Source of the DNA: Octopus sinensis
Lineage: Eukaryota
Assembly: GCF_006345805.1 (NCBI RefSeq)
Contig: NC_042998.1
Span: 3,100,001 to 3,164,000, forward strand
Direction: 5' to 3'
Length of the DNA stretch: 64,000 nt
The position numbers were made by a program, and so were the translations under genes. The notes beneath the pieces were generated by a model. That model was given only the letters and a program-made list of their open reading frames with translations. It had not been told where the DNA came from and ran no database searches. Position 1 is the first letter of the stretch. Each line of letters begins with the position of its first letter. This document shows, in pieces, positions 25,661 through 38,800 of the stretch.

Positions 25661-26170
25661 ATATCATCATACATATCATCATCTGGAAAAGATTTTCTAA
25701 CTAGAAAGGGTATGGCCTGGTCAGCCTGTAATGACATGCATAAGATCTGGTCATCAAATCGAAGTAGAGACTTCAAACTTGAAATTTTCAAAGCCACAGT
25801 TGAACCAATTCTACTATATGGCTCAGAAACCTGGACGTTACCAAAGAAGCTTGAGAGGCAGTTGGGTGGAACCTACACTCGCCTCCTTATGAGAGCTCGA
25901 AATCTCTCGTGGAGGCGCCATCCAACCAAAATGCAAATTTGCTGGACATTGTTGTAGAGCTGAAAACGAGGCAATTTCTACTCTTCTCCTCTGGAAGTCA
26001 TCTACTCGCAATACCAGAGGGCACACACTCTCCTACCCTGATGTAATCTCCAGGGATACAGGCATCCAGCAACAGGACCTCTGTAATGCCATGATGGACC
26101 GTGAAGTCTGGCGTAGCATGGTAAATTCCATTGTCTCGACCACGGTCGAACAATGATGATGATGATGATG
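25661..26170 (+). mobile_element. 5'-truncated RTE-clade non-LTR retrotransposon 3' end with (TGA)n tail
   Basis: SYISSSGKDFLTRKGMAWSACNDMHKIW..FKATVEPILLYGSETWTL.. is the post-RT region of RTE-like ORFs. The downstream frame ends ..MMDREVWRSMVNSIVSTTVEQ*, with the stop starting the TGA repeats. Confidence 0.8.
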
Positions 26171-26282
26171 TGCGCGAGCGCGTGCGTGCGCGTACGTCGC
26201 GGTGTCACTAGTTTTGCATGTCAACAACAAAAGTTAGTCTGTAAAGAAGTTAGACTATACGGAGTAGTGGCATTCATACTGA

Positions 26283-26355
26283 GGACTTGAGCCGCAATAG
26301 ATAACGCGCCTGACTGCGGATCAGGAAATTCTACGTTCGAATCCTGGCAAGATCG
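26283..26355 (+). pseudogene. tRNA-Arg-derived pseudogene with GCG anticodon
   Basis: CTGACT-GCG-GATCAG; A box and T stem mutated; duplicate at 29408-29480. Confidence 0.8.
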
Positions 26356-26765
26356 TATTTATTTTATTACGGAAATATTTGGGACAACGTAGTGCTAATG
26401 AATATTTTAGAAGATACATTTCAGAAATTACAAGACATATATTCGTGCATGCGTATAATCTTTGACAGTCGCAGCCATTGACTACGTGAGGTCCTGTGGG
26501 GCAATGGATAACGTTCCTGATTACGAGTCAGAAGATTGCAGGTTCGAATCCCCGCAAGGTCAAGATCGTTCAATTTTAGAAACGTCTGGGAAGGTGAAGC
26601 TAATAATTGTTTTGTTGATGTATTTCGGAAATTTATATAATCATGTGTGCGTGAGTGCGTGGGTGAGCGTGCACCCGAGCGAGCGTGATTGGGTCTTTGC
26701 TTATCACAAACACGAGTTAATTAGTAAACAAATTAGAACATATGTAGAGAAATGACGTTCACCTA

Positions 26766-26838
26766 GGGCTTGTGGCGCAATGGATAACGCATCTGACTAC
26801 GGATCAGAAGATTCCAGGTTCGAATCCTGGCAAGCTCA
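26766..26838 (+). tRNA. tRNA-Arg-ACG: tRNA-Arg(ACG), two substitutions (G26A, G73A)
   Basis: AACGCATCTG and terminal CTCA; otherwise consensus. Confidence 0.8.
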
Positions 26839-27221
26839 TACTCATTTTATTTCGGTAAAATTTGGAGGGAGTTCGTGCTAATGAACATCTTTCATTATAC
26901 ATTTTAAAACTTAAAGTATATTTCCATGATTATACGTATGCACGTTAATTGTGTGTGTGTGGCCGCGTGGGGAAATGGATCATGAATCAGAAGATTCCAG
27001 GTTCAAACGCTGGCAAAATCGGGTGAATTTTATTTCAGAAACATGGGGGTAAGTGGTGTTAATAATAATTTTGTTGGTGAATTTCTGAAATTTATATAAT
27101 CCTGTGTGTGTGTGTGTGTGCGCTCGTGTATAGGTCCGTGTCTGCGTGTGCCTGCAGGTATATCTGCAGGTGTTAGCCAGTAAAGGAATTAGGAGATAAG
27201 TATACAAATTGAGCAGCAAGA

Positions 27222-27294
27222 GGGCTTGTGGCGCAATGGATAACGCGTCTGACTACGGATCAGAAGATTCCAGGTTCGAATCCTGGCAAGCTCG
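27222..27294 (+). tRNA. tRNA-Arg-ACG: tRNA-Arg(ACG), intact
   Basis: Identical to the consensus. Confidence 0.95.
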
Positions 27295-28604
27295 TAATCG
27301 TTTTATATCTCAGGTTGGGGTAGTGAGTACTTTATGTGACGTATGTCAGATGACTAGTCGTGAGGATATATCAGCACGTGTGCATATCTGTGTTGTCAGG
27401 AAATAAGAGTTAGCAAAGATAAGCGCGCAAGCAGTAACTCCCGACAGCACAATGGGTCAGAAGATTCGGGTTTCGAATCCTGATAAGTTCACATGCATTT
27501 TAATTTTGAATCATTAGGATAATGATAACGCAATGGATGACTGCGGAACAGAAATTACCAGGTTCGAATCCTGGCGAGTTCGTAACAGTTTTATCTCGGG
27601 AAGTTGGGGTGGTGAGTATTTTTATGATGTGTATCTGAAATTTATACATCTGGTAACTATACGTATGCACGTATACGTTTGCGGGTGTGTATCAGCACGT
27701 GAGCATATCTATGTTGTTGACAGAAGATAAAAGTTAGCAGAAAGACTAATGCGTAAGTAGTAACTACCGATAGCGCAATGCATTACACGTTTTCCTACAC
27801 GTGGATTTGATTGATGGAAACTGAAAGAAGCCCGTCGTATATATATACGTTAGTAATTTTTATTCTCAAACGCAGGATATAGCATGAACAGGATAAATAA
27901 TCCATATTCTGCAAACTTTGGGTAGTATGTCTTGTGCATGCTATGTTATTAACATTTTCCTGCGTTTCAGAATAAAAAATTACATCCTTAACTTTCTAGA
28001 CATCTCAACGCTTCGAAAGAAAACTTTGTTTACTTTCATATAGTTATGTTTTTGTGTATGTGTGTGTGTGTGTGTGTGAGAGAGAGTGAGTGTGTGTGTG
28101 TGTGTGTGTGCGTGAGTGAGTGTGTGCGTGTGTGAGTGAGTGTGTGTGTGTGTGTGCATCTGTGTTTTCACCCCCCCATCGCTTGATAACCGATGTTGGT
28201 GTTTTCCCGTAACTTAGCGATACGGGAAGAGAGATCGATAGACTAAGTACTGGGCTTACAAAGAATAAGTCCTGGGGTAGATTTGTTCGATTAAACACGG
28301 TGTTCCAGCATGGCCGCAGTCAAATGACTGAAACAAATAAAAGAATAAGCATCAGATATTACCTATGCGAGATCGTCTGGCGAAATGGATTAGATTCCAG
28401 GTGTAAACGCTGGTAAAATGGGGTGAATTTTATTTCAGAAACATGGGGAAAGTGGTGCAAATAATAATTTTGTTGCTGTGTGTGTGTGCGCGCGTGCATA
28501 GGTCTGTCTCTGTGTGTGCCTGCAAGTATACCTGTAAGCTTGTCCACAACAGGCGTTAGTCAGTAAAGGAATTAGGAGATAAGTATACATGCTCAGCAGC
28601 AAGA

Positions 28605-28677
28605 GGGCTTGTGGCGCAATGGATAACGCGTCTGACTACGGATCAGAAGATTCCAGGTTCGAATCCTGGCAAGCTCG
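28605..28677 (+). tRNA. tRNA-Arg-ACG: tRNA-Arg(ACG), intact
   Basis: Identical to the consensus. Confidence 0.95.
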
Positions 28678-29407
28678 CAATAGTTTTATATCTCGTTTAG
28701 GGTAGTGAATACTTTATATGACGTATATCAGATGATTAGGTGTATATGTGTGAGTGTATATCAGCACGTGTGCATATCTGTGTTGTTGTCAGTAAATAAG
28801 AGTTAGCAAACAGATAAGTTCGTGAGTAGTAATTCCCGACAGTACTACGTGATACATGTTTCCATACGGGTCAGAAGATTCCGGATTCGAATCCTGACAA
28901 GTTCACATTCCTTTTAATCTTGAAACATTTGGGTAATGTTGTACGAATGATTATTTTAGACGATGCTTTTCAGAAGCGAAAGCGCGTCTTCAAGACTTTG
29001 CGTGTGCACGTATATACGAGCAGGCCTTTACGCGCATATTTGCCTGTCTATGGCAGGCAATGAAAGTAAAAGAATTCCTTCATAAGCATCAACTACTGAC
29101 TACGCGATACCCTGGGGCGCAATTCATAACGCGTCTAATTAAGGATCAGAAGATTCCATGGGCGAACTCTGGCAAAATCGGATGAATTTTACTTCAACAA
29201 CATCGGAGACAATGGTGCTAATAATATTTTCGTTGTTTTATTTTATAAATTATACGATCATCAGTGTGTGTCTGCATGTCTGTGTGAGCGCGGAATGTGT
29301 GCGCGAGCACGTGCGCATACGACGGGATGTCACCAGTTTTGCATGTCAACAACAAAAGTTAGTCTGTAAAGAAGTTAGAATATATGGAGTAGTGACATTC
29401 ATATTGA

Positions 29408-29480
29408 GGACTTGAGCCGCAATGGATAACGCGCCTGACTGCGGATCAGTAACTTCTACGTTCGAATCCTGGCTATCTCG
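29408..29480 (+). pseudogene. tRNA-Arg-derived pseudogene with GCG anticodon
   Basis: Paralogue of 26283-26355. Confidence 0.8.
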
Positions 29481-29890
29481 TATTTATTTTATTACGGAAA
29501 TATTTGGGACAACGTAGTGCTAATGAATATTTTAGAAGATACATTTCAGAAATTACAAGACATATATTCGTGCATACGTATAATCTTTGACAGTCACAGC
29601 CATTGACTACGCGAGGTCCTGTGGGGCAATGGATAACGTTCCTAATTACGAGTCAGAAGATTGCATGTTCGAATTCCCGCAAGGTCAAGATCGTTCAATT
29701 TCAGAAACGTCTGCGAAGGTGAGGCTAATAATTGTTTTGTTGATGTATTTCGGAAATTTATATAATCATGTGTGCGTGAGTGCGTGGGTGAGCGTGCACC
29801 CGAGCGAGCGTGATTGTGTCTTTGCTTATCACAAACACGAATTAATTAGTAAACAAATTAGAACATATGTAGAGAAATGACGTTCACCTA

Positions 29891-32800
29891 GGGCTTGTGA
29901 GGCAATGGATAACGCGTCTGACTACGGATCAGAAGATTCCAGGTTCGAATCCTGGCAAGCTCGTAATCGTTTTATATCTCATGAAGTTGGGGTAGTGAAT
30001 ATTTTGGATCTTTTCCTTTTGAACGGCAGTTTTCAACGTCAACAACACGGGTCAGTAGATAAGTTAGAGTATACGGAGTAACCGTTGTTATACCGAGGGC
30101 TTGTGGCGCAATGGATAACGCGTCTGACTACGGATCAGAAGATTCCAGGTTCGAATCCTGGAAAGCTCGTAATCGTTTTATATCTCATGAAGTTGGGGTA
30201 GTGAATATTTTGGATCTTTCCTTTTGAACGGCAGTTTTCAACGTCAACAACACGGGTCAGTAGATAAGTTAGAGTATACGGAGTAACCGTTGTTATACTG
30301 AGGGCTTGTGGACGCAATGGATAACGCGTCTGACTACGGATCAGAAGATTCCAGGTTCGAATCCTGGCAAGCTCGTAATCGTTTTATATCTCATGAAGTT
30401 GGGGTAGTGAATATTTTGGATCTTTTCCCTTGTGAACGGCAGTTTTCAACGTCAACAACACGGGTCAGTAGATAAGTTAGAGTATACGGAGTAACCATTG
30501 TTATACCGAGGGCTTGTGGTGCAATGGATAACGCGTCTGACTACGGATCAGAAGATTCCAGGTTCGAATCCTGGCAAGCTCGTATCGTTTTATATCTCAT
30601 GAAGTTGGGGTAGTGAATATTTTGGATCTTTTCCTTTTGAACGGCAGTTTTCAACGTCAACAACACGGGTCAGTAGATAAGTTAGAGTATACGGAGTAAC
30701 CGTTGTTATACCGAGGGCTTGTGGCGCAATGGATAACGCGTCTGACTACGGATCAGAAGATTCCAGGTTCGAATCCTGGCAAGCTCGTAATCGTTTTATA
30801 TCTCATGAAGTTGGGGTAGTGAATATTTTGGATCTTTTCCTTTTGAACGGCAGTTTTCAACGTCAACAACACGGGTCAGTAGATAAGTTAGAGTATACGG
30901 AGTAACCGTTGTTATACCGAGGGCTTGTGACGCAATGGATAACGCGTCTGACTACGGATCAGAAGATTCCAGGTTCGAATCCTGGCAAGTTCGTAATCGT
31001 TTTATATCTCATGAAGTTGGGGTAGTGAATATTTTGGATCTTTGACTTTTGAACGGCAGTTTTCAACGTCAACAACAAGGGTCAGTAGATAAGTTAGAGT
31101 ATACGGAGTAACCGTTGCTATACCGAGGGCTTGTGGCGCAATGGATAACGCGTCTGACTACGGATCAGAAGATTCCAGGTTCGAATCCTGGCAAGTTCGT
31201 AATCGTTTTATATCTCATGAAGTTGGGGTAGTGAATATTTTGGTTCTTTTTCCTTTTGAACGGCAGTTTTCAACGTCAACAACACGGGTCAGTAGATAAG
31301 TTAGAGTATACGGAGTAACCGTTGTTATACCGAGGGCTTGTGGCGCAATGGATAACGCGTCTGACTACGGATCAGAAGATTCCAGGTTCGAATCCTGGCA
31401 AGTTCGTAATCGTTTTATATCTCATGAAGTTGGGGTAGTGAATATTTTCTTTTTTCCTTTTGAACAGCAGTTTTCAACGTCAACAACACGGGTCAGTAGC
31501 TAAGTTAGAGTATACGGAGTAACCGTTGTTATACCGAGGGCTTGTGGCGCAATGGATAACGCGTCTGACTACGGATCAGAAGATTCCAGGTTCGAATCCT
31601 GGCAAGCTCGTATTCGTTTTATATCTCATGAAGTTGGGGTAGTGAATATTTTGGTTCTTTTTCCTTTTGAACGGCAGTTTTCAACGTCAACAACACGGGT
31701 CAGTAGATAAGTTAGAGTATACGGAGTAACCGTTGTTATACCGAGGGCTTGTGGCGCAATGGATAACGCGTCTGACTACGGATCAGAAGATTCCAGGTTC
31801 GAATCCTGGCAAGCTCGTAATCGTTTTATATCTCATGAAGTTGGGGTAGTGAATATTTTGGATCTTTTCCTTTTGAACGGCAGTTTTCAACGTCAACAAC
31901 ACGGGTCAGTAGATAAGTTAGAGTATACGGAGTAACCGTTGTTATACCGAGGGCTTGTGACGCAATGGATAACGCGTCTGACTACGGATCAGAAGATTCC
32001 AGGTTCGAATCCTGGCAAGCTCGTATTCGTTTTATATCTCATGAAGTTGGGGTAGTGAATATTTTGGATGTTTTTCCTTTTGAACGGCAGTTTTCAACGT
32101 CAACAACAAGGGTCAGTAGATAAGTTAGAGTATACGGAGTAACCGTTGTTATACCGAGGGCTTGTGGCGCAATGGATAACGCGTCTGACTACGGATCAGA
32201 AGATTCCAGGTTCGAATCCTGACAAGCTCGTATTCGTTTTATATCTCATGAAGTTGGGGTAGTGAATATTTTGGATATTTTCCTTTTGAACGGCAGTTTT
32301 CAACGTCAACAACATGGGTCAGTAGATAAGTTAGAGTATACGGAGTAACCATTGTTATACCGAGGGCTTGTGGCGCAATGGATAACGCGTCTGACTACGG
32401 ATCAGAAGATTCCTGTTCGAATCCTGGCAAGCTCGTAATCATTTTATATCTCATGAAGTTGGGGTAGTGAATATTTTGGACGTTTTCCTTTTGAACGGCA
32501 GTTTTCAACGTCAACAACATGGGTCAGTAGATAAGTTAGAGTATACGGAGTAACCATTGTTATACCGAGGGCTTGTGACGCAATGGATAACGCGTCTGAC
32601 TACGGATCAGAAGATTCCAGGTTCGAATCCTGGCAAGCTCGTAATCGTTTTATATCTCACGAAGTTGGGGTAGTGAATATTTTAGATCTTTTCCTTTTGA
32701 ACGGCAGTTTTCAGCGTCAACAACACGGGTCAGTAGATAAGTTAGAGTATACGGAGTAACCGTTGTTATACCGAGGGCTTGTGGCGCAATGGATAACGCG

Positions 32801-35800
32801 TCTGACTACGGATCAGAAGATTCCAGGTTCGAATCCTGACAAGCTCGTATTCGTTTTATATCTCATGAAGTTGGGGTAGTGAATATTTTGGATATTTTCC
32901 TTTTGAACGGCAGTTTTCAACGTCAACAACACGGGTCAGTAGATAAGTTAGAGTATACGGAGTAACCGTTGTTATACCGAGGGCTTGTGGGGCAATGGAT
33001 AACGCGTCTGACTACGGATCAGAAGATTCCAGGTTCGAATCCTGGCAAGGTCGCATTCGTTTATATCTCATGAAGTTGGGGTAGTGAATATTTTGGATGT
33101 TTTTCCTTTTGATTGGCAGTTTTCAACGTCAACAACACGGGTCAGTAGATAAGTTAGAGTATACGGAGTAACCATTGCTATACCGAGGGCTTGTTGCGCA
33201 ATGGATAACGCGTCTGACTACGGATCAGAAGATTCCAGGTTCGAATCCTGGCAAGCTCGTAATCATTTTATATCTCATGAAGTTGGGGTAGTGAATATTT
33301 TGGACGTTTTTCCTTTTGAACGGCAGTCTTCAACGTCAACAACATGGGTCAGTAGATAAGTTAGAGTATACGGAGTAACCATTGTTATACCGAGGGCTTG
33401 TGACGCAATGGATAACGCGTCTGACTACGGATCAGAAGATTCCAGGTTCGAATCCTGGCAAGCTCGTAATCGTTTTATATCTCATGAAGTTGGGGTAGTG
33501 AATATTTTGGATCTTTTCGTTTTGAACGGCAGTTTTCAACGTCAACAACACGGGTCAGTAGATAAGTTAGAGTATACGGAGTAACCGTTGTTATACCGAG
33601 GGCTTGTGGCGCAATGGATAACGCGTCTGACTACGGATCAGAAGATTCCAGGTTCGAATCCTGGCAAGCTCGTAATCGTTTTATACCTCATGAAGTTGGG
33701 GAAGTGAATATTTTGGATCTTTTCCTTTTGAACGGCAGTTTTCAACGTCAACAACACGGGACAGTAGATAAGTTAGAGTATACGGAGTAACCGTTGTTAT
33801 ACCGAGGGCTTGTGGCGCAATGGATCACGCGTCTGACTACGGATCAGAAGATTCCAGGTTCTAATCCTGGCAAGTTCGTAATCGTTTTATATCTCATGAA
33901 GTTGGGGTAGTGAATATTTTGGTTCTTCTTCCTTTTGAACGGCAGTTTTCAACGTCAACAACACGGGTCAGTAGATAAGTTAGAGTATACGGAGTAACCG
34001 TTGTTATACCGAGGGCTTGTGGAGCAATGGATAACGCGTCTGACTACGGATCAGAAGATTCCAGATTCGAATCCTGGCAAGCTCGTATTCGTTTTATATC
34101 TCATGAAGTTGGGGTAGTGAATATTTTGGATGTTTTTCCTTTTGAACGGCAGTCTTCAACGTCAACAACATGGGTCAGTAGATAAGTTAGAGTATACGGA
34201 GTAACCGTTGTTGTACCGAGGGCTTGTGACGCAATGGATAACGCGTCTGACTACGGATCAGAAGATTCCAGGTTCGAATCCTGGCAAGCTCGTATTCGTT
34301 TTATATCTCATGAAGTTGGGGTAGTGAATATTTTGGATGTTTTTCCTTTTGAACGGCAGTTTTCAACGTCAACAACACGGGTCAGTAGATAAGCTAGAGT
34401 ATAAGGAGTAACCGTTGTTATACCGAGGACTTGTGGCGCAATGGATTCCAGGTTCGAACCCTGGGGAAATCGGATGCATCTTATTTCAGAAACATGGTGA
34501 GATGGTGCTAATGATATTTTTGTTGGTGAATATCTGAAGATAATGTAACCAAGTGTGTGCACGAGTGAATGTTTGGTGTGTGTGTGTGGTGTCTGTGTCT
34601 GTGTGTGTGTGTGTTTGGGTGTCCGTGTTTGTGAGTGACCGCAGGTGTGTCAGTATCTTTGTCTACAACAGGTGTTAGGCAGTAAAGACATTAGGAGATA
34701 AGTAGGAACGTTTGTAAACGTAGGGCTTGTGGCGCAATGGATAACGCGTCTGACTACGGATCAGAAGATTCCAGGTTCGAATCCTGGCAAGCTCGTAATC
34801 GTTTTATATCTCATGAAGTTGGGGTAGTGAATATTGGATCTTTCCTTGAACGGCAGTTTTCAGCGTCAACAACACGGGTCAGTAGATAAGTTAGAGTTAC
34901 GGAGTAACCGTTGTATATACCGAAGGCTTGTGGCGCAATGGATAACGCGTCTGACTACGGATCAGAAGATTCCAGGTTCGAATCCTGGAAAGCTCGTAAT
35001 CGTTTTATATCTCATGAAGTTGGGGTAGTGAATATTTTGGATCTTTTCCTTTTGAACGGCAGTTTTCAACGTCAACAACACGGGTCAGTAGATAAGTTAG
35101 AGTATACGAGAGTAACCGTTGTATACCGAGGGCTTGTGGCGCAATGGATAACGCGTCTGACTACGGATCAGAAGATTCCAGGTTCGAATCCTGGCAAGCT
35201 CGTAATCTTTTTTATATCTCATGAGTTGGGGTAGTGTGGGGTAGTGAATATTTTGGATCTTTTTCCTTGTGAACGGCAGTTTTCAACGTCAACAACACGG
35301 GTCAGTAGATAAGTTAGAGTATACGGAGAGTAACCTGTTATACCGAGGGCTTGTGGTGCAATGGATAACGCGTCTGACTACGGATCAGAAGATTCCAGGT
35401 TCGAATCCTGGCAAGCTCGTAATCGTTATATTCTCATGAAGTTGGGGTAGTGAATATTTTGGATCTTTTCATTTGAACGGCAGTTTTCAACGTCAACAAC
35501 ACACGGGTCAGTAGATAAGTTAGAGTATACGGAGTAACCGTTGTGTTATACCGAGGACTTGTGACGCAATGGATAACGCGTCTGACTACGGATCAGAAGA
35601 TTCCAGGTTCGAATCCTGGCAAGTTCGTAATCGTTTTATATCTCATGAAGTGGGGTAGTGAATATTTTGGATCTTTGACTTTTGAACGGCAGTTTTCAAC
35701 GTCAACAACAAGGGTCAGTAGATAAGTTAGAGTATAGGAGTAACCGGTGTTATACCGAGGGCTTGTGGAGCAATGGATAACGCGTCTGACTACGGATCAG

Positions 35801-38800
35801 AAGATTCCAGGTTCGAATCCTGGCAAGCTCGTAATCGTTTTATATCTCATGAAGTTGGGGGGTAGTGAATATTTTGATGTCTTTTCTTTTGAACGGCAGT
35901 TTTCAACGTCAAACACAGGGTCAGTAGATAAGTTAGAGTATACGGAGTACCGTTGTTATACCGAGGGCTTGTGACGCAATGGATAACGCGTCTGACTACG
36001 GATCAGAAGATTCCAGGTTCGAATCCTGGCAAGCTCGTATTCGTTTTATATCTCATGAAGTTGGGGTGGTGGTAGTGAATATTTTGGATGTTTTTCCTTT
36101 TGAACGGCAGTTTTCAACGTCAACAACACGGGTCAGTAGATAAGTTAGAGTATATACGGAGTAACCGTTGTCATACGAGGGCTTGTGGCGCAATGGATAA
36201 CGCGTCTGACTACGGATCAGAAGATTCCAGGTTCGAATCCTGGCAAGTTCGTAATCGTTTTATATCTCATGAAGTTGGGGTTGGGTAGTGAATATTTGGT
36301 TCTTTTTCCTTTTGAACGGCAGTTTTCAACGTCAACAACAGGGTCAGTAGATAAGTTAGAGTATACGGAGTAACCGTTGTTATACCGAGGGCTTGTGGCG
36401 CAATGGATAACGCGTCTGACTACGGATCAGAAGATTCCAGGTTCGAATCCTGGCAAGCTCGTATCGTTTTATCTCATGAAGTGGGGGGTAGTGAATATTT
36501 TGGTTCTTTTTCCTTTTGAACGGCAGTTTTCAACGTCAACAACACGGGTCAGTAGATAAGTTAGAGTATACGAAGTAACCGTTGTTATACCGAGGGCTTG
36601 TGGGGCAATGGATAACGCGTCTGACTACGGATCAGAAGATTCCAGGTTCGAATCCTGGCAAGCTCGTAATCGTTTTATATCTCATGAAGTGGGGTAGTGA
36701 ATATTTTGGATCTTTTCCTTTTGAACGGCAGTTTTCAACGTCAACAACACGGGTCAGTAGATAAGTTAGAGTATACGGAGTAACCGTTGTTATACCGAGG
36801 GCTTGTGGCGCAATGGATAACGCGTCTGACTACGGATCAGAAGATTCCAGGTTCGAATCCTGGCAAGCTCGTAATCGTTTTATATCTCATGAAGTTGGGG
36901 TAGTGAATATTTTGGATCTTTTCCTTTTGAACGGCAGTTTTCAACGTCAACAACACGGGTCAGTAGATAAGTTAGAGTATACGGAGTAACCGTTGTTATA
37001 CCGAGGGCTTGTGACGCAATGGATAACGCGTCTGACTACGGATCAGAAGATTCCAGGTTCGAATCCTGGCAAGCTCGTATTCGTTTTATATCTCATGAAG
37101 TTGGGGTAGTGAATATTTTGGATGTTTTTCCTTTTGAACGGCAGTTTTCAACGTCAACAACAAGGGTCAGTAGATAGATAGAGATACGAGTATACAGTAA
37201 CCGTTGTTATACCGAGGGCTTGTGGGGCAATGGATAACGCGTCTGACTACGGATCAGAAGATTCCAGGTTCGAATCCTGACAAGCTCGTATTCGTTTTAT
37301 ATCTCATGAAGTTGGGGTAGTGAATATTTTGGATATTTTCCTTTTGAACGGCAGTTTTCAACGTCAACAACACGGGTCAGTAGATAAGTTAGAGTATACG
37401 GAGTAACCGTTGTTATACCGAGGACTTGTGACGCAATGGATAACGCGTCTGACTACGGATCAGAAGATTCCAGGTTCGAATCCTGGCAAGTTCGTAATCG
37501 TTTTATATCTCATGAAGTTGAGGTAGTGAATATTTTGGATCTTTGACTTTTGAACGGCAGTTTTCAACGTCAACAACAAGGGTCAGTAGATAAGTTAGAG
37601 TATACGGAGTAACCGTTGTTATACCGAGGGCTTGTGGCGCAATGGATAACGCGTCTGACTACGGATCAGAAGATTCCAGGTTCGAATCCTGGCAAGTTCG
37701 TAATCGTTTTATCTCATGAAGTTGGGGTAGTGAAATTTTGGTTCTTTTTCCTTTTGAACGGCAGTTTTCAACGTCAACAACACGGGTCAGTAGATAAGTT
37801 AGAGTATACTGAGTAACCGTTGTTATACGAGGGCTTGTGGCGCAACGGATAACGCGTCTGACTACGGATCAGAAGATTCCAGGTTCGAATCCTGGCAAGC
37901 TCGCATTCGTTTTATATCTCATGAATAAGTGTGGGGTAGTGAATATTTTGGTTCTTTTTCTTTTCTTTTGAACGGCAGTTTTCAACGTCAACACGGGTCA
38001 GTAGATAAGTTAGAGTATACGGAGTAACCGTTGTTATACCGAGGGCTTGTGGCGCAATGGATAACGCGTCTGACTACGGATCAGAAGATTCCAGGTTCGA
38101 ATCCTGGCAAGCTCGTAATCGTTTTATATCATGAATGGGGTAGTGTTGGGGTAGTGAATATTTTGGTTCTTTTCCTTTTGAACGGCAGTTTTCAACGTCA
38201 ACAACACGGGTCAGTAGATAAGTTAGAGTATACGGAGTAACCGTGTTTATACCGAGGGCTTGTGGCGCAATGGATAACGCGTCTGACTACGGATCAGAAG
38301 ATTCCAGGTTCGAATCCTGGCAAGTTCGTAATCGTTTTATATCTCATGAAGTTGGGGTAGTGAATATTTTGGTTCTTTTTCCTTTTGAACAGCAGTTTTC
38401 AACGTCAACAACACGGGTCAGTAGCTAAGTTAGAGTATACTGAGTAACCGTTGTTATACCGAGGGCTTGTGGCGCAATGGATAACGCGTCTGACTACGGA
38501 TCAGAAGATTCCAGGTTCGAATCCTGGCAAGCTCGTATTCGTTTTATATCTCATGAAGTTGGGGTAGTGAATATTTTGGTTCTTTTTCCTTTTGAACGGC
38601 AGTTTTCAACGTCAACAACACGGGTCAGTAGATAAGTTAGAGTATACGGAGTAACCGTTGTTATACCGAGGGCTTGTGGGGCAATGGATAACGCGTCTGA
38701 CTACGGATCAGAAGATTCCAGGTTCGAATCTGGCAAGCTCTCGTAATCGTTTTATATCTCATGAAGTTGGGGTAGTGAATATTTTGATCTTTTCCTTTTG

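Larger units (their letters stand above)
22100..29700 (+). pseudogene. Left flank: many decayed tRNA-Arg-derived copies interspersed with intact ones
   Basis: Recurrent GCAAT(G)GATAACG..., CAGAAGATTCC.GGTTCGAA remnants at about 22120, 22355, 23830, 23920, 25230, 25480, 26283, 26490, 27450, 27530, 28850, 29110, 29408 and 29615. Confidence 0.85.
23380..29965 (+). repeat. Tandem segmental duplication (about 23380-26980 and 26985-29965)
   Basis: Colinear landmarks 23603/27222, 24237/27852, 25038/28605, 26283/29408 and 26766/29891; offset falls from ~3.6 kb to 3125 bp across the RTE insertion. Confidence 0.85.

Noticed and set aside
25661-25685. (ATC)n at the 5' junction of the RTE fragment as an inverted copy of its (GAT)n tail
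   Set aside because: It is in-frame coding sequence (S-Y-I-S-S-S) of the element.
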